A stretch of DNA of 60,720 bases, counting the filler, from Asterionella formosa (Eukaryota): the NCBI GenBank assembly GCA_002256025.1. It is 5 parts of 5 records of this genome, joined end to end, with 100 filler letters (N's around TTAATTAATTAA, not from the genome) between each part and the next. Parts side by side here need not be neighbours in the genome. Positions count along the whole stretch, not along the records: positions 1 to 12,074 come from NKIB01007881.1; positions 12,175 to 24,242 come from NKIB01007891.1; 3 more parts are not named here. One strand, 5' to 3'. A program made the translations under genes and the position numbers. Positions 1 through 12,377 of this stretch are shown piece by piece. The notes under the pieces were generated by a model. It saw only the letters and a list, made by a program, of their open reading frames with translations, was not told the DNA's origin and did no database searches. How positions within the stretch are numbered: position 1 is the stretch's first letter; every line of letters begins with the position of its first letter.

Positions 1-221
1 CCATCCAACTTGAAACAGTCTCCTTGGCATTCTTGACAATTTCGTCTACTTCTGAGGCTGATGTGCACTTGATTCGAGACAAAACCTCTCCAGTAGCTGG
101 GTTAATATTGATGATGAAACCATCTTCTATATGAACGCCTTGTACCATCTTTTAAGTTCAAGATTCCCAAAAAAGGAAAAGTTTGGGAACTGTGGGCGGA
201 GTGCCGATGATAGATGCAGGT

Positions 222-372
222 AGGCTACCAGTACAATGGTACTGGTACCTGATATTCTAGCCTGGAACAGTAGAATGCAGCAGACTGCAAGAAGCATTAT
301 ACAAAGTACCGGTACCTGGTACCGGCACACACTGTTAACCCGACTACCAGGTACCTGGTACCAGGTACAATG
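222..372. repeat. Cluster of TA-delimited GGTACC-type palindromic words
   Basis: Contains TACCAGTA, TACTGGTACC, TACCGGTACCTGGTACCGG (307-) and the perfect 16-bp palindrome TACCAGGTACCTGGTA (345-360). Confidence 0.85.
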
Positions 373-583
373 TAATGGCAATCCGTGAGCACCATACGCA
401 CAGACTGTACGCTAGCAGCCCATGTGTTTGTTTGCCTTGCCTTGCCTTTTGTGGTATTCATGGCAGACTCTGATAATATTGTGTAGCTTTAGGATCTGTT
501 TGGATTAAAATGAAATGTGGTGACATGATCATCATGACTGTTCTTGAATGAAAATGCATCTTATTCCAGCCATTTTTCCAATC

Positions 584-842
584 TCCTTGAGTTTCTTGTT
601 GATTCTGTTGATTCTTTCATGTGTTTGTAGCTCATTGCACATGTGTTTGTAGCTCATTGCATACACTGTAGTTATTGTGTAGCTCAAAGCGCTGGTGCAG
701 ACCCCTGGTCCACATTGTTGCATTCCATTCATTTTCATCAAGCTCCTTGAGTTTCTTGTTGTTTCTGTTGATTCTTTCATATGTTTGTAGCTCATTGCGT
801 ACACAGTAGTTATTGTGTAGCTCAAAGCGCCAGTGCAGACCC
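584..842. repeat. Local direct duplication (~100-120 bp core, ~160 bp period) with an internal ~20-bp repeat
   Basis: ctccttgagtttcttgtt...gtagctcaaagcgc..gtgcagaccc occurs at ~584-703 and ~743-842; the first copy has atgtgtttgtagctcattgc twice. Confidence 0.85.
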
Positions 843-1989
843 AACAAACGTGGTGACTTGGGGCGCTGCAAGGCGGGAAAAAGGGTGGATACAGTCTCTC
901 GAATGAGACTAGGGGAAATTATGTGTGCTGTAAATGCTGTATTCTGGCACTGGTGAGTTAATCTGTCCCCACATCTTGATGACTGAGGAAAGGCAGATGG
1001 CATGGTTTGATCTTTTAATGAGGCATTAGTTTGCCTCCGGTTGATACTGGGTAGGTTAAGATTTTTATACAATTTAGGCTGTCAATGCCAGGAAGCGCCA
1101 CACAGGCTACCCTACTAATTCTTGAGCAGTCTTAAGGCGCTTAATAAATGAAGTTAAATATAAACCATACCCTGTTGGTGTGTCTGTAGTTGAGCCAGAT
1201 TGCTTAGCTGGCTGGTATAATCATCATAAGTAACAACTAGTGGTACCCAATATAACTCTATTATCCCATATCACTGTATGCATGCATGGTGGACTCATGC
1301 TGCTTAGGGACATTCTTATTATTTTTTATCGGATATCACTACATTTGAAATTTTTTGAAAAGTGTTTGAACTGAATTTTCTCCATTCTCAGCATAAAATT
1401 GTATCACTAATTTTTATCACAGTATATCATGGTGTAACAAGGGTCGTCAACCACAACAGGTCAGTGACAAACATTTCAAAATATATGAGTATATATAGCT
1501 TTTGAATAGAGCTATACAACCCGGTAGAGATTAACTAATTCCTTTAACAGAGAATACTGTTATACATGTATGCTACTGGGAGACTTGTAAACACCTTGTA
1601 GGCAATGCATTGATCATGGTGTTCATCTCGAATTTATCCATTAAAATTGAGGTCTAATATATCATAGTTTGAACAATACAAATAGAATAATTATCATAGA
1701 TAAACCTTTTGAATTGCGTAAGAAATTACAAATCTAAAATGGAAAAAATATTCGTCTATTTATAGGGATACAACAGAACTCTTGAGTTGTTTCAGCAACA
1801 ACTGGAGCCATAACTACCACTACCGCTGTATCTATAACTATCATATGACGAGAGGGCACCAAGCAAAAATAGTGTGAGGGTATCGATTGTGGCAGTGTTG
1901 TCATGTTGGAACGATGTGGTTGATTTTCAACGAACAACAAACTGAATTGCAGTTGACGTAATATTAATGTGATGCTGGCGTGTTTACTC

Positions 1990-2214
1990 TTATTTTATCA
2001 GTGACAACGGATGTGATTCACAGCAATTAACGGCTATATCACTGATACAGCATTGGTCAGGGGTCCAAAAACTATATCAGTGATACACCAGTGATCAGAC
2101 CTAAAATTCCGTCAGTGATACAAAAATTTGATACAGACTACCATTTTCGAAACAAAAACCCGGAAATGATACACCAATGACGACAAATGATAAATTTGAT
2201 ACAAACGGCCCTTA
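1990..2214. mobile_element. Right terminus of a PIF/Harbinger-like non-autonomous element with subterminal (CAG)TGATAC repeats
   Basis: Repeated tgatac/cagtgat motifs run into ...tttgatacaaacggccc followed by TTA (2212-2214). The reverse complement GGGCCGTTTG plus a TTA site fits PIF/Harbinger ends. No matching left TIR found. Confidence 0.4.
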
Positions 2215-2559
2215 GGGTACCCGAGGTAGCACTCGTTTTTAATGTAATCATTAAACTTAGCTAGATTATTCGATTCGTGTGTATATACAATATATACATC
2301 TACCAGGTATAGCACTTCTAAGTACTGTGTAGTCGTCGTGAGCAGCTGGAGAATGCATGGTGCATCATGTTGTCTCAGCCTTGACCATGACGAAAAAATA
2401 GAGCGATGATTTGCTATTGGTTATGTATATTAAGCACGATATAGAAAATACAACCTTTAAAAAATCTTGTAGTATGATGTTAAAGCTATTCAATAATCGC
2501 ACCCACTTGAATGGATGGACACAATGAGTACAGGTTTTATTCGTCCATATGGGACAACG

Positions 2560-3400
2560 GCACCTGTCTCCTTGTCAGTGAGCCACGTCCCTGGAATATC
2601 TAGCTTCAAGACAAGCTCACCCCCGGTTTTTCCACACATGTTCCATCATACCTTCTTCATTGATGAAGTAGAGGCATATCGATATCAGGTGGCGTGGGCT
2701 TGTAGATAGTTTTATTATTAAGTAGTTATCCCTTGCTTTTTCTAGGTAGGTTTGTATTTGTCAACATTTTTGGGGTCTCAATGCATCCTCGTTCCCACAA
2801 ATCCTGCAATACCAATCCCTTTGTTTTTCCATTCCAACCTCCCTTTTTGTTTTACTCTTGTCTTGTTGTTTGTTTATCTTAATTATTTCAGAGAATTAAT
2901 AGTTCCCTCTTGTTTTTTCCTTTGGCGTTGAACCCCCGGCATTCAAGTCATGATCCAATTCATATCGATTTCTGGAGGTTTTGGTCGGCGGCATAGTCCC
3001 AGCAAAAAATAACAGAATATCGCGGCTGCTTTCCCTTCCCTTAAGTGGTGACATCCAGAAGGGTCCGTAATCGTTGGGAAAAAAAGGCTCTGAATTTTCC
3101 ACATTTCAAGAATATATCCAGATGGCCAAAGATAGCTGATGGATTCAATAATGAATGCATCTCTCATCAGCGGCGCTTTCCATATATAGCCTTTTTTCAA
3201 GAAGGCGGCACAATCCATCCGGTCTTTGTTTGAATGGCCAGAAGAATTATCAGAAAAAATAAAATGGTAGTAGGTAGTAGGATGCATAAATTGCAGAATG
3301 TCAATTGGTTCTTCGAACTCTAGAACAACCAGCAGCCATGTGGTTGTAGGTCCACCAGTAGCCACCCTTCATTATTCTCGCCATGCTCAAAATACGCTAA
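2560..3400 (-). pseudogene. Degenerate IS630/Tc1-mariner-like DDE transposase
   Basis: Frameshifted motifs in order on the minus strand: YFEHGENNEG..YWWTYNHM, FIFSDNSSGH, GPFWM, GWNGKTKG..LQDLWERGCIE, FINEEGMMEH. These resemble Tc1/IS630-like transposases seen in diatoms (recognised by eye). Confidence 0.6.
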
Positions 3401-3649
3401 GAAGGGAATTGTAGTAAGTAAGTACTTCTATACCAGCATCATTATAAATATAACTTTATCCTATTCTTAGAGTGTTAACTACAAATAGTTAAATTTGGTC
3501 AATTTGTTTTACATCTGCAATAGTCCCATATTTTTTGACCGGAGCAAAAAGCTTCATTATTTTGTTGCTGACTTGATATTCATGTAATATTCCAACCGGC
3601 ACCAATTTCTGTTTATCGGTTCCTATTATTTTGATATGTCATATGATGT

Positions 3650-4775
3650 TTCATTTCTTCTCCCGCCTCCTCCGCTCCGCACTAGGAAAGACCCGATTTC
3701 GTTATCACGAATATAATTCTAACTCTCTATCTTGCCTGCCGTTGCTCAATTTGGGCTTGCAACAGAGACCTTTCGAATTTCTCTTGATCCCATCATCTGC
3801 TGCTTGTTATGCTATTTAGAGCGGATCGGTGAGCACAACAGTGAAACACTGAATGTGATCGTAGATACTAATCGTCGAATTTCCGATTTGATTGCTTCCA
3901 TTGTCAGTTTTGATCGCTTCTGTCGTTGTTAATATCATTCTGTACTGTCGTTTTGGTTCAATTAAATCGATCTATACAAGGGCCGATGTATGTATCAATG
4001 CCTACTCTTTGATGATATATTTTTGTATATCTTATTTTTTGATTTGTATAGTCATTGGCCATGATGTCAATATTGCCATCAAGCAATGCCTTTCTTTTCC
4101 TGACGCGCTTTGCTACCTTGCTACTTATGAGTTCGTATCACAAGCTATATATCAATATTCAGCTAGAGGGCGTCGATAGTGCTGGAGCTGTCTGGCAATC
4201 ACGCTTTGCTCAGAATGGAATGATCAGGGTTATTTGGTAGGAGGAACAACTGTGGGCGGAAGGATTGCTACTTTCGTCAGGCTACTACAGCTATGTACAT
4301 GGTTGCAGCAACCAGATCATCTACACTACATGACGATGCAGATCTCAATTGGGTTCAGCTTTTTCTTCTTTTCTGTATTACTTCGGTCTTCGATTGTGTA
4401 ATGCATGGAAATTCAATGTTGCCTGTCTAAGTACTACAATGCATACATCTTCACTGAAACTACTATTTTTGCTTCATTTCTAACCCAAAAAAAATTTCTA
4501 TTTCGTATTTAATTGTACTTATTACATTGCGTGTCATACTTTGGTTTCTTCGAAAATCATGTTTAATTTTCATTGATATTGCATGTTACAATCATTCTTG
4601 TGTGTTCAATGCTTGTTTTACCATTTCTATGCATATTACCAAAGTTATTCTGGCTGTCATGCTAAAATCTGCAATTTTCAAGCCGAAAATTTCGATGTGC
4701 CCCATATTGCCCCTCAATAAAAATTACTTAGAGCCTAAAAATTGCTTAGAAATACCTGAATGACAAGACAATAAA
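3650..4775 (+). repeat. Dispersed repeat family C, copy 1 (homologous to ~52600-53780 and, inverted, to ~50420-51150)
   Basis: Shared blocks such as gatcccatc.tctgctgcttgttatgcta, gctcagaatggaatgatcagggtt and ttagagcctaaaaatt.cttagaa.tacc.gaatg.caagac. Confidence 0.9.
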
Positions 4776-4814
4776 AATTTTGCTATATCTAGTTCCATGT
4801 ACAACTTCATACCG

Positions 4815-5450
4815 GTAATACTGATTCCAATTCCAATTCCAAATTAATACATGTGTCTCTTCTTAATATCCGTTTAATAAACCAACCCGACCGGCTTGTT
4901 GTTCCACTAAAAAATTAGCTTTAATCTGATTTAGAGACCAATCTGTTTTGCTTGGTCTGCCATTGGCTTCTTGTTCGTTTTGCTTATAGTAGTACCGTTT
5001 GCTTAAAGTAGGTTTGCTTAAAGTTCATTTCTTTAAAGTAGCAATTTTGCTTACTTTTGTGTTGGCATCATTTCGACGCTGCTGCCATCACAGTCACATA
5101 TGACCTATTTAATCATACTGTAGGTAATTATGATACTGAATAAGCACCGGAAAACATGTACTGGTAGTTAGTAAGTATGTAAGATGAAGAAGTGAACAAA
5201 GTATATTGCATACAGATACTTGATAATACATATGGCTGGATTCATGCACAAGGTACCTGGTACGATATGTACCTGCTCTGGAATATGATTATTTAGCTGA
5301 AATACTGCTATTCGTTTGTATATATAATACGCTATAGTGTAGTAGTAACGGTAGTTGTGTAGTTGCAAGCAGCTGGAGAATCCTTCATCATCATGTTGTT
5401 GCAGCATTGACCATGATGAAAATAGTGAATATTCTGATGAAACATGAGAA
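4815..5450 (+). repeat. Dispersed repeat family B (other copies at ~23730-24242 and partially ~2215-2400)
   Basis: Shared gattccaattccaaatt.at.catgtgt.tct, tttaataaacca.c.gacc, ctttaatctgatttag, ggattcatg.aca.ggtacctg and gctggaga blocks. Confidence 0.75.
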
Positions 5451-7349
5451 AGCAGTATCCACGACAATTGGTGATTCCAGAGCTTCCAACTCATTGTTTT
5501 TGTCTTTGTCTTCGTTATCAGAAAATTTATTGCTTTGTGCAGCACATGCAGCACTGGCGCAATTTCTTCATCAGTGACTTCTTCATTTCTCTGTTTTCTT
5601 CTTTATTCTTGTTAATATTTGGCATATCGCCATTCTTGTATCCTTCTGCTTCTTGCATTGTGATAGCGCTCACTGTAGTGGAAAAGGTGTTAACCTTCTT
5701 TTCTTATTTTCTCTTGTTACTGTCTTTGCCTGGTTCTTCTTCTGTTTGCGTTATGTTGATACCATTGCCGTGAATTCCCCAACTGTATGTAGTGTTTGTT
5801 GAAAACGCCCAATCGACATCCATGCAATTGCTGGCTTTCACCATTCCTGCTTCGTTAATCTTTGCTCGCTTTTCCATCTCCTCCTCTTTTTGTCGGATTT
5901 CATTACAATCTTATGGTTCTGTCCACATGAATGATTTGTGCTTTCTTTGACTTGTTGGCCGCTTGGATAGCGCCTTTCGTCATCGGTCGTTTTTAGGATT
6001 TTTTTCAACTTTTTGGACCCGGGGGTCCCTGTAGCTGACGTACCACTAAATTCTGTGATCAGCACTGTAGTACTGTGGTAGCCTTTCTTAAACTCAACTT
6101 ATACTTGGCAAAAAAGTCAAACATGACATAGATAGTACAATCATGAAAGAATTATTCTAATGACACTAATATTGACAATGAAAATTTTGAGTCGCCAATG
6201 GCACATTTTTTCATATAATTTAGAGATGCACCATTTTTAAATGACAATGGTTCTAGCAGATTTGAAACTTTCACAGTAGCTGCGAAACTAATAAGATTAC
6301 GACTAAACCAATAACTTGAATAATCGAGGAAAAGGATGCGAAATAAATCTTTTATCAAATGAAAATTGATTCATTGTGAGTTGGCACTTTTTATAGTGGT
6401 GGAAGCCGACAAATGTGAAGTATACTGTCGAAACCAGGGTGTTGCCCTGTAATTATGTGTAGTAACCTCTTCATTCATCATACATTTGAGTCCCAGCCTG
6501 AGTGTATTACTCCTTTATGAAATGCTACTTGCATTAGTGAACCGGTATTACTGGCATATTGCTCACATACCGGGAGACCGATGCCGGTAACTCACTTTCT
6601 TTTGTCCATCATGACATAGGCAGCTATATGTACGTAGGTATTAAGGGCTATGTTTTTACAAGTCTACCAGTAAGCAAGATTTTGCTTAAACTTCTTTGGC
6701 TTACAGTTGAGCCGATTTGCTTAAACTCAAATGCCGGTATTCCCTATGTACTTTAACCCAAAATTACAATTTGTTGGAATCTTTTTTTCTTTTTTCGAGT
6801 TTTTTCCCGTCGTGCTTCTTTCGGTCAGTGGGCGCAAACCGTTCGAAGTTTCAAACTTTGATTTCTCAAAGACTCCTTAGTCTGGAAATATTTGTCAGTT
6901 TTGGGAATGAGCAACACAAAGAAGCAAAAATTTCTGCAACTTGCTGATATACTAGGTACTTTGTTGGTGAAAAAGTAACCTTTCCAATGAATGGATGATT
7001 TGCATAAAAGCTAGCCTACTCCCACTGTTGGGAAATTTTTGCAACATGCTGGGCAATTAAACTGTGCCAAGCCACTCACTTTTGAGAACCCGACAGTAAA
7101 TGCTCAATATTAAGTCTATGTGTAACGATGCTGGTCGGCAAGGGCTGCTTTGGTTACATTAGTATATGTAAGAGAGTATAGCACTCAATAGCAATAAATA
7201 CATGTGAATACACCATGGCAATAATAATTAAGGGTGATTGAATTTACTTGGATTTGACTAGCCAGCCTCGTGGCTTAGCTCAAACCAAACTGGTTTGCTC
7301 TATTCAAGATTGGCTTACTTCAAAAGCAATAAACAAGAATAAACCACCC

Positions 7350-9797
7350 AGGAGAGCAGAGGCGTAAGCTGTTTTGATACTCCTGGCGATATGTCCACTA
7401 ACCCAGAACATGTATAGTTCATTACCGAAATCTAGGACTAACATTTAGCCTAGTGAAGGGAACTGTCTCTTCAGACCATTTACCAAAATGTTCCAAATTG
7501 ATTCTATCCAATGCAGATGAATTTAAAGGCATCATATTGCCAAGGTTGCTAACAAAATGGTAAATCAAAAGGCAAAGGCCGACAAGACAAAGAACTGGTA
7601 GGGTATTGGGGTTGGCAGTCATGACTATCTGGTATGTCTGAGTTATCTTGTCAGCAAATTTACCATTGTACCCTGGAACAAATATAGCAGTATTCTATGT
7701 AAATGGAAACAATGGTGCAGTGCTCACTACAATCATCCCCTTCTATGACTCAATTAGAATTCCGGGATTCGACAGTTGCAGTTTATTTTGATCACAGCAG
7801 CAGTACATAGCATATGATCCTGTTGCAATGTGTTGTTCGGTTCCATCTCATCATAGGAATACTACATGCACTATGCAAATCCTCGCAGATTTCAATTTCT
7901 TCACAATAAGTCTGCCACCACCAGCTGGCAATGTGCAATGGATGCATAGTAGGTGACATTTGACAGATATGTTGGATAAACTTGTTTGGTGCATTGGAAA
8001 GCCAGGACATGGACGGTGAAATCCACTTCATGTTTCTCCTCGACAACCTACCTAGCAAGGGCACTTATTCTGTCCTACAGAGGCCGTCGGATTGCAGTGT
8101 ATCCGGCAGGCTTACAGAGGGATTGAAAAAGAGTCAAAAATAAATCAATTGTAACTTTTTAAGCTACAATTCTCATGTTCGTGGCCGAATTATGTTAGGA
8201 AAATGAACACATGATTCAAATAATTGAAAAAAACTTGAAGGTAATCCACATTTCGTGAAGGACATAGAAAAATGAGATAGTCATGCGTCGTGGCCTTGCA
8301 TTCAAAAGATTCGCCGTTATACTCTAAGCGTGAAAACGCTGAGAGTCGGGAATCTTCTTCTTTGGTCGGGCAATCTTACGATTGCGCTTCTTGGCCTTCT
8401 TCGGTTCTCCATTGTCGTCGTTAGCACCTGCGCTCGCCGCACTAGACCCGCTTCGATCGCTGTCATAATCTGACGAGTCTGTGGAAGATTCCCCAAATGC
8501 CTTTTGTTTGTGAAAAATGCAGCATCGCTTGGAAGATTTCCGACCCATTCCTTCATTGTCGACCACGGCCTCGTCCCTGGCAAAAACAAATACATCAAAG
8601 CCGTGAAAAATCAATTGGTATCATACTTGCATTGCAACTATCACCGATCACTTACCATCTGACTAAAGGGCGTGCTCTAAGGGATAAGGTCAACATTTCC
8701 TGATCGACAGATAAAGGGGGCAACACCGCTGATTCTGTGATGGTCACCGTTGTTGATTGGCCATCAGCTACTGCTTCGCTTGTTGAGAATTGCTGCTCAA
8801 TCGATCCAGATTGATATTGTGATGCAGTTGAAGCAGTCTCTGGTTGCATAGCAGAGAGACTTGTTGGTAAATTGGCTGTATCACTCATCTTACAGTACCT
8901 TTATGATGCTTGGTTCCTGCAGTTTCTTGATCCTGACAATTATATTGTTGCTCCTTTCACATTTTCTGGGGTAGTTTGCCTGTAATGCCTGTCGACCGGT
9001 ATACCTTGTACCTGGTACCGAAACTGACAGTACATAAAATTATCTTCCACTCGTTCAAAATAGGGTTCGAGTTCGAAGGTGCAATTTTCAACATTTTCAA
9101 CCATTATGAATTCGATAATAGAACCTCACATCTTAGTCAATCTACCATAACAGTTTTTGGAAAAAGTTTTTAGATCATCTGCTTTGGCCACTCCGAAAAG
9201 AAAAGTCGTTCTAGTACTGTTTTATATGTTCTGGGATAAAACTCGTCAGCTTGGGGGCCCACTGACAGTTCAACTCAAAATGATGGCTGGGTGCATTTCT
9301 GGGGCCATCAGGTGGACTCTGTAAGCCTGTTATTAGCAAAAATCCTGACCCTATTGTATGTACTATTTTTTGCGTCTTAAAAGCTTGTTAAAATCGCATT
9401 GACCATGTTGGTATTATTCAGTTGGTTTACTCAACAAGAGAACAATCCCCTGCACTGCTTGATTTATCAATATCTCCACCATGAGCAGTGCTACTAGTAA
9501 CTAAATCAAGTGGTGTGGGAGCACACTATTTGGTTCATCTAAGAAATATTTATTGTTGAGCATGGCAGATCCTAAAGTAGCTTCCCGTCGACATAGTCCC
9601 AGGTACCATGTTGAAATCCCAGACCCATGACAGTTTTGCTCTTTCGTCTTTTCAGCAATGTCACGTTTTATAATGCGTGGACGGTTTCGTTCTTCTTCGT
9701 CCCCATCAATGTACTGACGGAATGATTCGTCCTCCTTCAGCATTATCAAATACTCTTCGGCTGAAAATTTATTCATATGAATGCTAATTATATACAA
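7350..9797 (-). pseudogene. Highly decayed Harbinger-type ('plant transposon protein', PF04827-like) transposase, interrupted by ~8070-9180
   Basis: N-terminal ...PRIIKRD...LNNKYFLDEP (9501-9797); QKCT and ADEF near 9240-9305; LIYHFVSNLGNMMPLNSSALDR...VPFT (7422-7622), weakly resembling WIWHAFFGMPGSNNDINVLDR...VPFT. Confidence 0.4.
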
Positions 9798-9804
9798 AAT
9801 TTGA

Positions 9805-10156
9805 GGGACCGGTTTAGTGGTTTAGCATGTTGCCTTTGATCTGAGGTTGTGAGGTTCGACTCCCGCAACTTTTTTGAGAAGTAATTGTTGGGTTCGACTC
9901 CCACACTCCTTACCGTCCCGCACGGTCTTGCCTGGTGTGCAAGAAATAGTGGGTTGCCCCCTTCCCCGCCTACAAGCAGCTTGTGCCGCCTTCCTACTAG
10001 GCGGTCGGAGTTTCCCCTAACACTGCGGCTAAGACGATCACCTTTCGCAAAAGGTGGTTAGAGACTCATGTAAGCTAACAAAACTAGGGAAGCACAGGTC
10101 TAGTTGGCAGGTAGCACAATGAAATACTTGCCTTGAAAGAGGGGAGTACGAGTGAG
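9805..10156 (+). mobile_element. tRNA-headed structured element, probable tRNA-derived SINE or Pol III ncRNA
   Basis: A-box-like TAGTGGTTTAGC (~9815); two B-box/T-arm hairpins with GGTTCGACTCC (9853-9863, 9891-9901); T6 at 9870-9875; several stems downstream; flanked by identical AAATTTGA at 9797-9804 and 10157-10164. Confidence 0.65.
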
Positions 10157-12074
10157 AAATTTGACTGAAGCTAAAATTTAATTGTACTGGTAGATATGGT
10201 GGCTACTTAATGTAGCTTCAGGATGCACCCAGCCAACCATACATTTAAAGTTCATTGACTTGTTTGGAGAAGTATCAACATGTATTTGCGAGGTTTTGGA
10301 TACAATCTACCACCCAACCGACAATCAGCGCGCACCAAGATGGAATCTACAACCTAGACCACCCTTGCGTGTTCTTCTTCCAAGCCTCAACACTTAAGAA
10401 AGAAAAAACCGATTGACTCTATCAGTCCATTGCATTTATTGCACATAAGTGTAGGAAAATGCCTAGAGAATTTGGGAGTACCTATTTTCGCTTAACATCT
10501 AGCAAATCAACAATTGATTTTATCAATCATAGAAACCTAAATTATTAAAAACTCCTTTTTTGCTAAAAAAATTGGTACACCACCAGGAACACAGGTATAT
10601 GCATAGTACTACTTAAATAACTTCCCTTCTATTCACCATTTACCATGTATAACTACAATCTGATAGCGCTTTTAAGCTACTCTATTTGTGATAGGGCAAC
10701 CGGCATGGCGTTTTCTGGCGTGACCAGCCTGGGAGTTTGAAAATACTAACCCTCCTGATAACATACGTATTGACTTCTGACACTGTGAAGCGGGGATGTG
10801 TTGCGTTGTGGGACTCTATCAACCTGCTATCAATGTGTGGAGGAGTGCCAAGTGGTGCTGAAAAAGTGCTAAAGATGCATTGTTGTGGGTCATTCTACCT
10901 CCTTGTCTCGTGACCTGAGAAGAAGGTGTGAATATATGTTTGTGCTTCTGGTGGTTTGGTTGACCACACTATGGGTTGTCGGGGTGCCGGTGGGGTGCTG
11001 TTGTTTGCTAGGAAAGCATGTGTGGATGTGTTGCTGCCCCTTTCTTGCCTTTTGTGCCAATTCCTCAAAAAGAAACTCGGCTTTCTCCGAAAAACGTTGT
11101 TTGGAGCCTAAGTTGGATTTGAGAAGATCCTCCAGCAGTTGTTGAAACAGATGTCTATCTTGTAGGCATAGACATATTTCATATTGTTGAGCATACAGGG
11201 CTGTAATCCGCACGTCAGATTCACCATCTACCATTACATACTGACTTCAAATTTTTTAGACAAACAAAGGTGAAAACCTGAATTTACTACAAGCCGGTTA
11301 TCCATTTCATCATTGCCACCATGGTCTCTTTTGAGGTTGCAAAGCGAGCAATCGATGATAAATAGATGCTGTTCTGGTATAGAATTCTTGTTCTTATGCC
11401 TATTGGTTTTCAATGGGTCAAGGAAAAATGGGGGGGGGGCTGGAGTAAACAATCCCAAGGGGGCATGATTCTACAAAAAACGTGACAAAATAATAAAAAC
11501 AAGGCCAAATTCACCTATTTCTAGAACACTTAGAACATATAATATATTCACCATTCGATTTGGAATAATTTTTAGCTAGAAGGGGCTAGACAATCATTGT
11601 AGAAGGGGCTAGATAATCATTGGAGCTGTGCGCTTCATGAGAGGCAGTGAATTAAAGTTTGGTTACAACTATGCATGAATGGAGGGAATACATATTGCTG
11701 TACTGGTACATACATTTATCCTGTATGTACACAAGTGTGAGGATTGAAGTCAACGCATGTGAACTCCCTTCAATTCTGATATTTGGAGGAAATGTTGTTG
11801 AAAATTCAAACAAATTAGTATATAAACTAGCTAAATGGTATCTCACAATAGAGTGAATACAGCAAACGAAAGCGACATGAAGGTTGCTGTCTATTGCCGT
11901 GGTGACACACATACTGATTCTTCTAAATAGCAACACTTCAAAATTTTAGTGTATACCTAAAAGGATTTTTTCACCATCAGATATCTGAAGGCTTTTGCAG
12001 TCACACTATTAGACTTACTCCTACAACAACTGCCAGTGAATTGGCGACTTTTCGTTTGTCATGTGATTGTGAAA

Positions 12075-12174
12075 NNNNNNNNNNNNNNNNNNNNNNNNNN
12101 NNNNNNNNNNNNNNNNNNTTAATTAATTAANNNNNNNNNNNNNNNNNNNNNNNNNNNNNNNNNNNNNNNNNNNN
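12075..12174. other. Artificial contig spacer
   Basis: N44-TTAATTAATTAA-N44 (100 bp, stops in all frames). Confidence 0.97.
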
Positions 12175-12377
12175 CCGTACATGGCAGCCTCTACAGAGCT
12201 GCGACAGAAAATAATAGGGAAAAACATAGTACCACTATTACCGTACATGGCAGCCTCTACAGAGCTGCGACAGAAAATAATAGGGAAAAACATAGTACCA
12301 CTATTACCGTACATGGCAGCCTCTACAGAGCTGCGACAGAAAATAATAGGGAAAAACATAGTACCACCATAACCGTA
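12175..12377. repeat. 66-bp minisatellite, 3 copies, running into the contig end
   Basis: ccgtacatggcagcctctacagagctgcgacagaaaataatagggaaaaacatagtaccactatta starts at 12175, 12241 and 12307. Confidence 0.95.

Noticed and set aside
127..381. Short ORFs with YQVPG/YLVPG peptides (also 41567-41884, 41977-42288, 45288-45476)
   Set aside because: Translations of the palindromic TA-word arrays, not proteins.
9805..9875. Functional tRNA gene
   Set aside because: A/B boxes and a T-arm are present, but no acceptor stem or proper anticodon stem can be formed.
10011..10024. Telomerase RNA template (CCCTAAC)
   Set aside because: Only one repeat plus one base, too short for template plus alignment region; the flanking duplication favours a mobile element.
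10010..10150. Twister ribozyme (CCTAACACTGC resembles the 5' part of the rice twister)
   Set aside because: I could not fit the P2 3' strand, P4 or pseudoknot pairings by eye; a covariance-model search is needed.
11576..11635. Right TIR of the Harbinger relic after a 23-bp tandem repeat
   Set aside because: Only loose similarity to GGAGATGCTC and no matching left end.
12119..12130. TTAATTAATTAA as a biological motif
   Set aside because: Identical linker centred in all four gaps.
12175..12377. CRISPR array
   Set aside because: Units are identical with no unique spacers, no cas genes, eukaryotic context.
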